From: Craspedostauros australis
Lineage: Eukaryota
NCBI GenBank assembly: GCA_030167865.1
Contig: JALAGF010002570.1
Coordinates: 1 to 52,564 of the forward strand
Length of the DNA: 52,564 nucleotides
Reading direction: 5' to 3'
Each line of letters starts with the position of its first letter. Position 1 is the stretch's first letter. Positions 20,885-34,770 of this stretch are shown one piece after another. The position numbers and the translations under genes were made by a program. The notes beneath the pieces are model-generated. The model worked only from the letters and a program-made list of their open reading frames with translations. It was not told where the DNA came from and made no database searches.

Positions 20885-22327
20885 TTCCTTGCCGAAAATC
20901 GTTCGTTGCCGTCGTTGTTTCCGCGCGTTCCGCATCGCGTTTGTTCGCGCAGTGTTCATTATTGGTTTTCACGGAGCGCGAAAGACATCGAATGCAATCT
21001 TGGATGTGTTGTTGCGTGTTCGAATCTCTCGGAGTACTCTCTGGTAGGAAGCTACGGCGGTTGCACGAACGGTCGATCCAAAGCGTGAATCATGGCTCAT
21101 AACCGCTCCATGTTTGGATCCGCGATGTTCGAAGAAGTCTCCCACATCTCCATCTTTGGTTTTCGTTCGCCATCACGCCTCCTTCCTTCGTGCGACATCG
21201 CCAAGCTTCCGTGTGCACCCGCACAAATCGTGGTCGTCGATGGTCCGTGAAACGTGGTACTGGGCCTACGTGGATCGCGGCAGCACGCAGCCAACCAAAA
21301 AAGAGAAGGAGTTCGTGGAAGTCTGTCCGTCTGTGCGACAGTCGTGGTTTTGGCCAGTTCGCGCACATTCGTTGGTGCGGAGTGCTCCGAATGGTTAAAA
21401 ACGTGACTGGCCTCGCGACACGTCGACGATGACGGTGGTTGTGACAAAACTGGTGGAAGCCAATCGTAGCATGATGTTCAGTCACGACTGAAAGCCGGCA
21501 GGGTTCGTGTTTCAATGTCATTTCGCGGATGAACACATCGGAAAAATTAAACAGACATCCAAATTGTTGATCCATACAAACAGACAATCATGACTAAACA
21601 AAAATACAGACAGACACAAAAATGGCCTATCACGCCGACAAAATCGCCATTCATGAAGAAAACACGAATGATTCGTGTTTCGAATCAAGCAATCGTGGGT
21701 CAAAGCACATAGAATGAGAAACGAGGCAAGTTATCATACAGCATGTAGTCGCACGAGTACTATTCTGGAAGAGGAAGAGCTGCCTCTGATACATAAATCA
21801 GTAAATCAGAAGCAGCGATCATGCATCAACGAAGAGGACTGCGAGCAATGGCGGCTGCGAATCTGATCATGTGTCTCGCAAGTGGCGATAGCAGTCATAG
21901 CAAGGTGTGTGGGACGACTGATGATGCAGACATGATCGGGGAATGTCGGACGAGAAAGAAAGGTTGGCCTGTGGCGAGTCCTGACAGCAAAGATACCATG
22001 GATTTGACACACGATGGGAAACGCGACACGCGGAACAAACCACGATCAACTGATGGGTGGTCGTTGTTGGCAGCTGATGACAACCCAACCGCTGCCGTGA
22101 CAGGCACAGCTCCCTTCGCCTTCTTGCTCCCCTCCTCCATGTTCATCTCCACAATACTACGTGTAATACCCACGTGAACACACACACTGCAACAAACAGC
22201 AGAGTAGGAAGGTTCAATCAGAGTACCATCGTATCAGCAGGCAAGCAGGCAAGCAAACAAGCAACCGAGAGAGAGAGAGAGATCACAAGAGCGTTGGCAT
22301 CATGCTCGAAGGCGGACGGACAGCAGC

Positions 22328-25300
22328 ATGAGCAAGACCAGCCAATCCACAAAGCAGCGCTCAACGAATCCATTCGATCTGTCATTTGACGAAGAGGAAG
22401 AAAGCGGATCCAACAACCGACCGAACGACCGCCAACATCCCAGCGAGAACCAGAATGACGGATGTCTTCTCGATCCGTCAAGCGCAGGCACAGTCACTGA
22501 CAATGCTGGGCAGGACAGCGGTACTGTCGTCACCATCGGTGGAGACATGGGACGACAGAGTACTTCACGAGTGGCTCCGTTGAATTTTCATCAAAGTTTC
22601 GCTGGCCCAGGTGAGTGATTGTTTGTATTCTTTATCATAATACAAGTATTACATATCATATAATATGTTGTCAAATGACTGTGCACGACACGAGCACCAT
22701 ACTTACATAAGAGTACCATGGGAGCGCTCTGATACTCCAGGAAATACGCACACCGACGGGCATGACGGATACGACAAAAAATGGACACGATGATCCAGAA
22801 CCCGCAATGATCATGAGTCCATGTTGGGATTGTCCAAGAGCATTCACCACTCTGATCCTCTTTCCGCTTCATGTTGCACGTGCCATCCCTCAACTTTCGT
22901 TCGTTCGCTCCACCACCACCGACAACGTCCCAACAATGATATCAGCGACACCTGCACTCGACTTCCAGGCAGCATCGAAGCGCAAGGATTCCGGGGAGTT
23001 CTTTTCTCCATTGGAGGATGCCTTGCTGCAGCTCACTGACAGCAACATGGAATCACCTGACAGCCTTGTGAGGAATCAAATGCAAACGCATGTCATCAGA
23101 GATCATCAGGGAGCCCATCTCCCCGGCGAGACCTTCCGCATTGCCCATTCGGATTCAGCCGACGAAAGAACTGCTCTGTTCCAAACGCCACAGAAAAGGT
23201 ACTCCCACCCTTCGAGCAAACCAAGGAGAGATTCGCGCACCCGTGCACAACAGCGAAGCAGCGTGGCATCGACGGCATCGTCTGCGGCGGCTGCGTCTGC
23301 TACTGCGTCCGCGACCGATAGAGGCCCTCGACGTCCATCTTCCATTGTGTCAGTCACCAGCAGACCTGATCCAGTCCTACGGAAGCTTCAGGTGACTGAC
23401 CAAAACGAATTCAACATGGAGTACAAATTGATCCTCCTGGAAGATCTGGGAACGGCATCCTCCTGGATGGTGTTGCTGCTGCCGTACGCTGCTTTCTGCC
23501 TGTGCCTGACCCTGGAATCCTTCGAAAGGATCCAGGTGTCGAAATCCGATGTCATTGCCCCAAAATCAAGATGCGAGGCCAACTTCACAACATCCGGCAT
23601 AGATCCCGCCATGATTGCATCCAAGCACACCTACCCTCTGCTTCCAGATGATGCCATCTCAACCACTCCATGCTGGGCGACGGTCCTTGAAGAACACAGC
23701 AGCAGCAGCAGCAGCAACGACAACGACAGCGGCAGTATTGCTAGCATGCCGGACGACAGTCCAAATGTATTGATGAACGGCAGTGCCTTCGAGTCTGGAA
23801 TCTTACCCAGCATCCCCGTGCTCACCACGTTCATTTACATGGACTCTGCCTACCACGCCCTATCCACAGACATCGTTGCATCAGTGGCCCAGCAACGCAT
23901 ACATGCGGAGATAAGCGTGCTGCAAGAGTCGCGGGATGACTTTGACAACCCATTCTGGTCACTGATGTACAAAGCCCCGCACCAGACGTTGTCCATGGCA
24001 TGCCGGCCAACCGCTGGCCAGACTGTTTACCATGTCGATCGCCAAGCCCTCAACGAGATACTATGGGATTGCAAAAGCCCACGGATCATGGACCTCATCT
24101 TCGCAATGCCAGCAACGGGAGTGTACGGTGGCGGCAATCTTCGATTCGAGGTGTTTTACCACTTTGCAGGAACGAAGAGCACAACCAACCTCGATACCAA
24201 CATCGACACCAACGTCAACGTCAATGCCACTGCCACTGCCACTGCCATCACAAAAATCCAGCTACAAGGTTTCACTAGCAACGTGTACACCTCCAGCAGC
24301 CGAATGGATGATGCCCTGTCGCAGTGGAATGCAGCGGAAACACCAGCAAATGAAATCGTCGCGGCCTTGGCACAGCGATCATCGTACAGCATCCAGCACA
24401 TGAGTCATTTCGCCATGACGATGGATTCCATTGTTCGATGCATCTCCATTGTATTGACTCTCGCCTTCTTCGCTACGTGGTGCTACAAACAAGGAATCTC
24501 CAGCTTCTTCGAGAGATGCTGTTGTTGCTGTTGCTCTTCGCGCTGGCGTGGCGGGAGCGCACTTACAAATTCACTGCGAGGGATACACCGATGGTGGGAA
24601 TCCACATGGGTAGTCTTTCCGGAAAGACGCTACGTACTCTTGCTTCTACTCGGGCTTCTCTGTATCCAGGGACCGGCGCTGGTGGTGCTGTACGCATTCC
24701 CGCATCTTGGTTCGAAGTATCATCTCAGAAGGGCCGCGGATGCCATGAATGGGATCGGGATCCATTGCATCCTGTTCGTGTACCTGTGCCTCTTCCATGG
24801 CTTCCGGTATCACACCGACATGGTCGCTCGATCACGGACAGAGCACCGCCGGCAGATCATCCAACTTCGGCACGCAATCAAACACGTGACGGCCGCGGAC
24901 GAGCTTGGCGGTGGTAGCGAGGACGAAGAAATCATCCAAAGACATATGCAGGCACACTTCGAACGGTTCGGCGATGTAGACGGCAGTGCCAACAACAAGC
25001 ATCTCCGCTTGCAGAGCGACCCGTGCGCAGATGGGAGCATCGACTTTCTCTGCGACAAGATGGTGCTTCTGATCGTCGGGGTTGCCGCCGTCATCACGTC
25101 AGTTTTCTCGGCCTTTCCACCGGAAAGCAGTCCGGGTGTGAACCTGGAAGAAAGCAGACTAGATATGTACAGAACGGTGTTCTTCATCAGCTCTGTCATC
25201 CAGTTTGGTGCAGTCGTCGCGTGGCTGTACCTGATTGCGTACACCTCATTGAAGACTGCGCAGCTTCTACGAAGAGAGCCGTTCCTCAGCACGAGACCGG

Positions 25301-27660
25301 CGCAGCTGTCGTTCCGCATCGTCTTTGCTCACATGGCTCTTGGGCTCACAGCGTTGATCGTCTCCGTTTTCATCCAGGGCAGGAATCTGTTCCGCAAGTG
25401 GCATTTCGAGACGACCTCAACGGGAAAAATTCCGAACACAGACGGCGATGATGCGCAGGGCGATTCCGACGTCGACCCAGGCTCGTCGTCTTGGTTGGGA
25501 ATCGCGGTGACAGTCGTGGAGAAGGTCGGCGAACAATTCCCGTACAGCGGGACAGCAGCAGATGTGGGAGCCGGCAGAATCATCTTTGCGACGGTCTCGA
25601 TCATCATCACGGCGTTCATTTTTCTTCCATCGCAGACGCAAGATGACAACGAGTCCAGTGCCAACGCCAATGCCAACGCCAGCGACCGCCCAGACAAAAC
25701 ATGCATCCCCAGTTCCCGAATCGATGGTCGTCAACCACGCATCCATGACATCGAGACAAGTAGTGATTCAAATTCACATTGCGCATCGAACCAGCGCCCC
25801 GCACTGTCAAAAAGAAACGGCGACGGTTTTCCTGGCACCCTTGAACTCATCCGCGAGCACAAGCAAAGGAAGAGAGACAAACGGACGGTCGTACGCCTTG
25901 GCAAGGATGCCAAGACATGGCGTGTCTTTCCCATCCCAATCCAAAACAACGATTCTTCGCAGCCTTTGGGTCAGCGCAGGGAGAACGGAATTCAACTGTA
26001 CCAAGACTTGCACACGGACGCGACGAACATGGCAGATCGAGGTTTCGTGTCCGCCGGTCCCTACACCCCTGTCTTCTGCCTTGAAATAGCCCATTGGTTG
26101 AGCGAAGCATCGTGGCAGGCATACTTCACCCCAGCTGTGTCGGAACATGAGGTCCATGGTGCAGAACACATGCATCTGGAATCCATCGGTCTTCGGCTGG
26201 AGGGTGCTGTGCTGGATGAGATCACGAACATTCAGGCGTACGTGGCGTCAAACGTGACAGCACAGATCGATGGAGATGAGGATACGATCATCGTTGTTGC
26301 ATTCCGAGGCACGGCCAACGCTGCTAATGTGAGAACCGATTTCCGTTCGCGGCAGGTGCCGCTGCTGGATCAGCTCACGGCTGCTAGTTCCGCGTCGTTC
26401 TGCATACGACCCGACAGCTGTGAAATCCCAGACGCCGACAACTGGATTTGGGACACCCCGGAGATGTTCAACGAAGACCACGTGCGATGCATCATGCCGT
26501 GCAAGCCCGCCCGTCCGTTCTGTTCGCCTCTCTCCCCCTCCACAGTGCCTCGAAACGAGACGCAGGACTTTTCATCAGACGCCAAGGCCATCCTCCGGTC
26601 AACCCCCATCGCGCAGAACACGTTCCCGTTGGTGCATGAAGGGTTCCAGGAGGTTTACTGTCACATCCGACGAAAGCTTCTGAACATCATTGTGCCGGTC
26701 TACCAACGACAGCTCGCCAACGTTCTACAATCAAATGGCATGGACGAATCGTTGGAGGCATATGACGATGAACCATTAGCCTTGCCGAAGATCTACATCA
26801 CTGGCCACAGCCTGGGAGGATCGGAGGCGCAGCTGCTGGCGCTGGACTTGGCAAGCAACTGCGAGATCGTGTTGCCGACGAAAGCCAAGAGCACCGCGTC
26901 AGATTCGGTGCCGTTGGCAGCCGAGGTTGGAGGGGATATTGTCATCCCGGAGGACGAGGTGTTCAACCTACCATCTCCAGAGAAGAGGAGCTTGCTAGGT
27001 AAAGCAGACAGAAGCGGCCACGGTGCGCATTTGGAGTCGGAACCGCAGCTGCAGTCGTATCAACAGCAGCAGCAGCAACGGCAACACCTATACCAGCAAG
27101 GCCAACAACAGCACGAAGCGACCAAACACATTCCAGGAGCCAACGAGGAAAAGAAGACGGAGCTTCGTTTGCAACCCCCAATCGCAGTGTACACGTTCGG
27201 CCAGCCTCGGGTTGGGAACAAAGCGTTTGCCAGCTTCTACAAGCAGAGGGTGCCGCACACGTTCCGCGTCGTCAACGAAGGCGATGCCATCACGTCCATG
27301 CCGAACCGTTTGTGTTGCGGCGGCGCCTACAAGCATGCAGGGTTGGAGGTGCTGTTGGATGAAGGGCAGACCGGGACCATCCTGGTGGGACCGACCGTGG
27401 TCGAAACTGTCTTTCGTTTTCATGAGGTCCGCACCAATGTTGCTGCACACACACTGGTAAAGTACCGGGAGTCGTTGGAGATGTCATTTGCGGAGCACGA
27501 GCTTCAGGAGTACTATCAGGGACACAGCCGTGGCAAACGGGCGAGCGAGACGGCGAACGAAGGGCAACGCAGGAGGGGTACTCACGGTAGCATCGCGGGG
27601 TCAAGTTCCGTCATACCGGAATGGATGGTGCAGGTTCGGACATTGCCAACCGAAGTGTAA
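22328..27660 (+). CDS. Multi-pass membrane protein with a TMEM181/Wntless-like region fused to a class-3 lipase
   Basis: Probable exon 1 22328-22610 (CAG/GTGAGT donor) joins in phase at 22946 (or 22973) to the long ORF ending 27660. Lipase_3 motifs VVAFRGT, VHEGF, ITGHSLGG, YTFGQPRVGN, FRVVNEGDAITSMP, YKHAG. About 7-8 TM segments lie upstream. Confidence 0.85.
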
Positions 27661-27951
27661 ATCAAGCAAGCAAGTAGGGAGAATCTGAGTGCTCCCGATG
27701 AACAAGGTTGCTGGCGTAAGCGGAGTCTTCAGTGGAGTCAACAATGGAGTGTGATCGTTGTCCTCCATCTGGAAGTGATTCTTGCTGTTGTCGTGCAACG
27801 CAACCGGGCACGCTTCGCAAGATATCCCATAGCCGTGGAGTATTTGTACAGACGAATGGGGTAGAGTATAGAATACGCATAAAATGTTTCTTTGGACTGT
27901 TTGATTGGACTATTTGCTTCATCGCTCGCGTGATTGGTCGATTGAAGCTGC

Positions 27952-29324
27952 TCATCGTCTCTTTGGCTTCGGCTTGATCTCCTCGTCTGGCGTGTAGTGG
28001 ATGTAGATTTCGTTGGCAGTGCCAGGAGCGTAGACCGAGCTTCCCTTGCTCCAGTCGTAGCTACTGGCATACGCAAACAGATTTCCGGGCGAATTGAATT
28101 CAGCGCACGATATCGTCCGATTGATCGCGGCGAAGGCTTTCAGCCGTTGTCGGTTTTCTGCGAGTGAACGAATGAATGAATGTAACGAGGTGTGTGGTAT
28201 GCGGTATATGTTCGAGATGAACGTGATAGGATATGACGGACGGGTGAGAGTATGAGGAATTGATTGGGCTCGCTTGCAGCTGTTGGAATGGCGAAGGTCA
28301 TCAAACATGGTGGTCACTCCAACAAGGGGCAACTTGCGCAAATTGGCAACACTGTCAAACAACGCATACCAACAGAGCGAAGCGTAGCAGCATGCCCAAA
28401 AGCAGCTTCGTTGACACGATCACAACACTACAGCATGGCAACATGACACGTACCCTTGTCCCAAAAGTTGACGACACCATCGGCTCCGACTGTCGCGAAG
28501 GTTCCGAACCGCTGTTGGAAGGCGATGGCGTTGACACTGTACACGCCGGAGTCCTGACGATGGCACTTGAAGGCAAAGCTGTCGCGATTGGGCGTCTTTT
28601 GGATGTACTGGATGCCGACACGACCCTCGATGCTGCCGACGGCGTATCCGGAGGCATCGGGGAAGCAGGTGACGCATCTGGACTGGTACTTCAACGGCGA
28701 TTCCTTGCGCTGATGCTCCCTCGGCTGCGCGCCGGAGACGTCGTACATGATGAGGTGACGGCCGGCGGTGGCCACCACGAGCAGGGTGTTGCGCACGTCC
28801 ATGGCGTAGATACGCTCCGGCATGTCGAGCACCCCAGCAGGGTTGGGACTTCGCGTGTCCCAGAACTTGAGCTTGCGATCCCAGCCGCCGCTGACGACGA
28901 GGTTGGAGTTGGGCAGGTAGCGCACGCCCTTGATGGGAGCGTCGTGGGCGCCGATCTGCTGCGCCACGCCGTTGGGCGGGCTCTGGCCCAGCTGCCACAT
29001 CCGCACGGCCTTGTCGCCGCCGCAGGAGAAGACGCGCTGGCCATCAGGCGCGAAGCAGGAGTCCATGACGGGGGACGCATTCTCGTGATTGACCTGCGCC
29101 TTCGGCTGCGCACGCACCTGTCCGCCCTGCTCCTGCACTTCCCAGCACCTCACGCCGCCGTCCCAGTTGGAGCTGACGAGGATGTTGGATGTGGGACTCC
29201 ACCGCAGAGAGGAGATGCCGTCATTCCCGGCCTGAGGCACGTTGCAATCGCCTGAGGCGATGCTGGCCTGCGTCCCGTTCGTGAGTGCCGGCATCGTCGT
29301 CGTCGCTGAGCCGAACGTCGCCAT
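27952..29324 (-). CDS. RAE1: mRNA export factor RAE1/Gle2 (WD40), two exons, 358 aa
   Basis: Exons 29324-28454 and 28157-27952 splice to VNFWDKENRQRLK. Motifs SGGWDRKLKFWDTR, SPLKYQSRC, GSIEGRV, FAFKCHR, FAYASSYDWSKG. Confidence 0.96.
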
Positions 29325-30222
29325 CGTCGTCCTCCTCTTGCTGCTGTTGCTGCTGTTGCCTTCCTTCTGTCTTCTCTTTCAGTCAACGCGGTGCAGGGCG
29401 ACTTCGATGTATGGAGCTATACCGAGTAGAGCAATACCAACCCATTCACGTCAGGCTGTCAATGATGGTGATGGTGATCTTCTGCTGATCGAACTGTTGT
29501 GTTGGTATCATGCAAACATGCAAACATGTGCCCAAACAGACAACACATCCGCAACCAACGAACTTGTCTGCTGCCACCATGCTGCGCGCAAAAATCAAGC
29601 AAAGATAGTTTATGGTCAAACTAATCAATTCGACCTTCGTGACCACTACAAACAAGAACGCGTGATCCATGACATGTGAATCACGAGTTGGCCACATCCG
29701 ATGGATTCAAATGACCCGTGATGATCACGTGATACTTTTCGCCACGAAATACGGAGAAACTACTTTCGTGTCGCAAACCAGTTTGTGTTCCGTTGGACGA
29801 AGGAAGTGTCAATCTGCGCCACGCTCTTTCTCTGCCTCGCAGAAATGACTTGGGCACTTGTTTGGCTCTTTGTGATGACACGTTTGGTGGCAGCGAAGGC
29901 GAAATTATCTCTTTTGGTGCCGTTGCTGCCAAAAGAACCAATGATGCGGAGTTTTTTGCGTTGTTTTGTGGTGCTCGCGAGAAGGGCGTACAACAATGAC
30001 AATCATCACACTGATTTCACGAGAAATCGTCTCACAACCATGGTCGCTGACCAATCACGAACTCCATCCACACAACCGGCGTGTGGCACCATCCGTGTGT
30101 CTGTATCGTACGACTACAACACCGCACGATCAACTCAACGATTATTCGTCTCGACGTCCACTGGCCATCCCCGCTGCGACTCAGAGTATCGCACAACCCA
30201 AGGCAACCAAGGCAACCAGGCA

Positions 30223-30250
30223 AGAGAGAGAGAGAGAGAGAGAGACAGAG
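30223..30250. repeat. (GA)n microsatellite
   Basis: agagagag... run in the RAE1/histidine kinase intergenic region. Confidence 0.8.
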
Positions 30251-30547
30251 AAGTGAAGAACGTTGCGCCTCCCCATCCACATCCACATCGTCGCGCTTCT
30301 GAACCGGGCTCCGCACATTGCGAGCACGAAGTAACACAGCCGCAAACGGCATAGTCGTACGACTACCTTCAGGGACACCGCGCAACCTCTCACCCAAGGC
30401 CACCGCCGATTGAGCATCTCGGACGCAAAAGGATCGCAGCGCACTCACGCGCGAGCGTAACAAGCACTCCAACACACCGCCTCTTGGACCGACAAGCAAC
30501 CACAACAGTGACGAGAACTTTGGCACTCCTGCCTTCACAAAACCACA

Positions 30548-33500
30548 ATGTCGGAGACGATAGATGCAGCCACCCCGATGGCATCATCAACCCAGCCGCT
30601 GCATGGCGACATTGAAGATGGGAATAGCCTTTGTCATGCTGGATCTGCCCAGCTCAAAAATAGCCGTACGGCTCGGGCACAATCGGAATGCAGGAATGCC
30701 GCCCAGGCCTTGACGCGAACGAATGGTCCTGATCAAGGCTTGATGCTGACCAACGGAGAGGTGTCACAGATTCCAAACAATGGCGAAGGCACTAAGAAGA
30801 ACAAACCAAGGGATCACAAAGCCATGACTTCCAAGCCAGAAAGCTCATCGTCTTCGTCTTCTCCTTCCTCGGCACATCATCGGCTAGGAAGCACCATGCA
30901 AACGCTGACGAGCGAGATAGAAGAATCGCATGTCGGCGACAATACCGACGGCGGCGCCAACAACGATGCCACCGTCGAGACCAAAGCAATCAACTTTTCG
31001 TGCTTTCCCCAACAACGTGATATCATCCGCAAGCAGCAGCACATCCTGATCCTTCCCATTTTCATCTTTGTCATCCTCTGCGGATCCGCGGTCAGCATCA
31101 TCGAACTCTATGGCAGATCCAACGAAGCCAGCGTGCGGAAGGAGGCCTCCCTGCTGGCCATTGAAACCGCCGGTTGGTTCAGTGAGTTTATTTGTCATCA
31201 TCATTCAAATCATTCCATGATGTTACTTGAAGGTTGGGAGGTCTGCTTCGCAGATGTACTCGTACTGTTCTGCTTGGCTTGGTTTTGTCTTGCCTGACTG
31301 TAGAGTACTCTATTGTATTCTGCCCCAACTTCACCCACCCATTCTAACATCTCCCGCTGACTAACGTATCACCATGCATCTGCTTTGTGGTTGTGCGCTT
31401 TGTACCCTACGTACGCATGCGAACGCTTTCAACCTGTGTTGCGGTTCCTGATTTACTCATCCACCAATCCACATCAACATCCGGACAACAGGCGATCAGC
31501 TCGATCAGGCGTTGCTACCACTCTTTTCATTGGCGCAGTTCGTCAACGAGCTGGAGGTCTTTCATGACCTGCCGGATCAGATAGGACCGGCGAACTTGAA
31601 TGGATCGCTGCCGTTCGTTCCACCGATCCCGCCCGAGACTGTGCCAACGCATCGCAATGTCAGCGGCGTTTGCGACCAGCCGGATTTGGTGCAGCGGTTC
31701 ACGGAGATTGCATCCACCATCAAGCGCAACTCCGGCATGGAAGGTGTGCTCGTCAACTTGCAATTGGTGCCCAACGCCGTCGTTTGCCTGCTGCATCCAG
31801 TCAACAATACGGACGACTTCCCACCGGGAGTATATCTGGACAACAGCGGTGCTATTGGTCATGATCTGCTCATGGATCCAGCAAGGTCCTTCATCGCCGA
31901 AGCGACGGTGCCCCGTGACGACGTCGTCATCGCAGGTCCGTTGACGTTGCGGCAGTGTCCCGAATGCGATGCGACCGTGCGATCAGCCTTCATTGCCCGA
32001 CTTCCCATCACCATGGAGGGCAAAGAGATCACAGTTGGTGGCGTTTCTTATCCAAGATGGGGATTCGCGGTGAGTGACAGGACGAGTGACGGCTGGCATT
32101 GTGTCCAACAAAACAGAATGGGCCGATCGTGCATGCGTCTCTCGTGCGAATATCTCCCCCTGGCATCATGCACATACTTCAATCCAACCATCTTGTCAGC
32201 TAACTCTTGCTCGTTTTCTCGTTGCTTTCATTGTTACATGTACAAACGTATATCCCGCATTGGTCATGCCCTGCTCCGGCTCTCTCTCTCTCTCCCCCAC
32301 CGCTTTCCTTAGGTCGCCCTCATCAACTGGGAAGCGTTGGTGGACAAGAGCGGGATTTACGACACTTTCGACCAGCATGGGTTTGAATTCCAGCTAACGA
32401 GGACAGATCGGAGAAAGACGGGTGGTCATGACGATGACTCCTACACCGAAAAGAACGTGGTCCTGGCAGAGACAGACGAATTCGAGAGAACGCGAGGCCA
32501 CAGGTATTGGAGGTGCGTCCCGCAGGCCGTGGACACAACCAACAACGAATGGGTGATCACGGTCTGCTACTCCGTGGCGAGCAATTCGCGATGGCGTCTG
32601 ACTGCCATCGTCATGTGCGTTGTCGTCTCGTTGGCGTTCTCTGCACTCCTGTACACCACACTTATGCAGAAGCAGATACACACAGAAGCCATGTCCGCCA
32701 AATCAGCTTTGATGGTTCAGCACGAGAGGCAGAATGCGAAGGCGGAAAGAGAGGTGAGCAATACGATCATCATCGTGTCCGTCACGAGGAGAATGCATTT
32801 CGCAGTGCGCCTGATGCGTCCTTCATCCTTCGTCCAGTGCAACGTTCCATGCGCTCCGCTTCAAGAATTGTGTTTGCGCGCGTACAGTCTGGGGATGTGT
32901 GGGTCGTCGAGTGCGCTTCTCTCATTCCATGGCCCCTTATGCATCATACTCACCAACGTGATTGCTTACTTACCCATACTCTATCATCTTGATCATGCAT
33001 ATACGTACGCAACAACAGCTGAATGACTTCATTGCACATGAAATCCGGAACCCTCTCTCGGCTGCCATGGCAGCGTGTAGCTTCGTGTCCACATCCGTGA
33101 GCGAGCGACAGGCGCTGAAGGACGCGGATGCCATGGAGGCAGTCCGAGAAGATGTCGGCGTCATCGACACCAGCTTGCACTTCGTCAACGATCTGCTGCG
33201 CGACATGCTGGACATGCACCGGGCCGTAAACAAGCAGATGAAGATCGAGAACACGGCCACGGATATCCGCATGGACATCTTGGAACCCGTGGCATGCATG
33301 CTGTACAGACGCAATGACAACTTCGAGGCCATAGTTGAATGTCCAGAGAACTTGGTGGTAATGACGGACCGGGTGCGATTGAAGCAGGTGGTGCTGAACC
33401 TGGGGCGAAACGCCGCCAAGTTTGTCGAACGAGGGTTTGTGCGATTGAGAGCGGTCGTGGAGGACGACCACGTCTGCATTTACGTGGAAGATTCCGGGCC

Positions 33501-34275
33501 GGGCATTCCCGAAGAGAAGCGCGGCAAGCTGTTCAACAAGTTCCAGGAGAGTCTCGACTCGCTGAGCCAAGGGACCGGCGTCGGTCTGAGCCTGTGCGAG
33601 AAGATCGTGACCATGATGGGTGGTGTGATCTATCTCGACGAGTCCTTCCACAGTGGCGTTGTCGGGTGTCCAGGAGCGCGGTTTGTGATTGATCTGCAGA
33701 AGACGGAACCCATCTCGATGTCCTCCATTAACTTGCAGCAGCACGATGAGGTAAGCCCGGATGCCCACGCAGACGGCCTTTTCGGCCATGCAGATGGTGC
33801 AGGACACAAGGGCCAGATGGAAGAGGCACACAACGCGACGAACACCGACACCAGCCTCCCCGACAATCTCTCCATCCTGTTCGTGGACGACGATCTGATT
33901 TTGCGCAAGCTCTTCTGCAGATCCGTGAAGAAGTGCATGCCGGAATGGAAGGTGAAAGAGGCATCGAACGGCGAGACGGCATTGATGATGGTCGATGACA
34001 ACCACTTCGATATCATCTTCCTGGACCAGTACATGACCTCTGTCGACAAGCAACTCCTAGGGACGGAGACCGCCCGCGCATTGCGTGCCAAGGGTGTCCG
34101 AAGCCGAATCTGTGGTCTATCCGCGAACGATCTGGGGGTAACGTTCCTGGAGTCCGGCGCGGATGCCTTCATGCTCAAGCCATTCCCATGCCAGAAGGAA
34201 AAGCTGACGACGGAACTGCTCCGTGTTTGGGCATCAGCATCCACGAATGGGGACGATGTTGATGCTGATGTTTGA
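30548..34275 (+). CDS. Membrane hybrid histidine kinase: TM-CHASE-like-TM-HisKA-HATPase-receiver, four exons, about 969 aa
   Basis: Exons 30548-31181, 31492-32069, 32313-32753 and 33019-34275 sum to 2910 nt in phase. H-box FIAHEIRNPL, NAAKF, DSGPGI, GTGVGL. Receiver VDDD/FLDQYM/LKPF. Sensor GAIGHDLLMDP...IAGPLTLRQ...ARLPI...WGFAVALI is CHASE-like. Confidence 0.92.
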
Positions 34276-34770
34276 CGTTGGCATTGACGTCTTGTCCGCC
34301 GCTGTGTGAAGACCGACAAGTTTATCAGATGGACTGGGGCACGCTGGGGATAGCCACGCTCTCTCTGCAGGATTGGAGCATGGTAAAGAGCATAGATTCA
34401 GTGCTAATAGTTAGAGATAATAGAGTATTGCTTGGTGTAGTCGTAATACGAACACACAAGATTGCGCTTGTCTGGTGCGACTGCGGTAGCGCGGTAAGAG
34501 CATACCAGATGAGCCTGGATACGATCGCAGGATACACACGATTCGTGTCATTCGTGAATGGATGGGGTCGTGAATGGACTTTGTGACGTCAAGAGAGGAG
34601 GTTCCACCTTGAACTCTTTCGATGCGAAGCGTCATTTTGGAGAGATGAATGACACCAACGACAACCACAACAACGAGGAACAGAGATTCGGATACGACAG
34701 CAACAACACAACGCAACACCCACACCCACGTACATGCAGACACGCGGCGCCAGCACACAACATCAGAAAA

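Noticed and set aside
18636-21047. 803-aa ORF antisense to HSP70
   Set aside because: Long antisense frames are a well-known by-product of hsp70/dnaK codon bias (often mis-annotated as NAD-specific glutamate dehydrogenase). It has no ATG-led gene context or independent motifs.
20900-21200. Possible heat-shock elements upstream of HSP70 (TTCGAA/GAA clusters near 21019 and 21128)
   Set aside because: The spacing does not give three correctly phased nGAAn inverted units, so I cannot support a canonical HSE.
22762-22945. ORF-track N-terminus MTDTTKNGH... of the 1632-aa lipase ORF
   Set aside because: Probably intron read-through. A strong donor at 22611 and in-phase acceptors at 22945/22972 favour the upstream exon 22328-22610.
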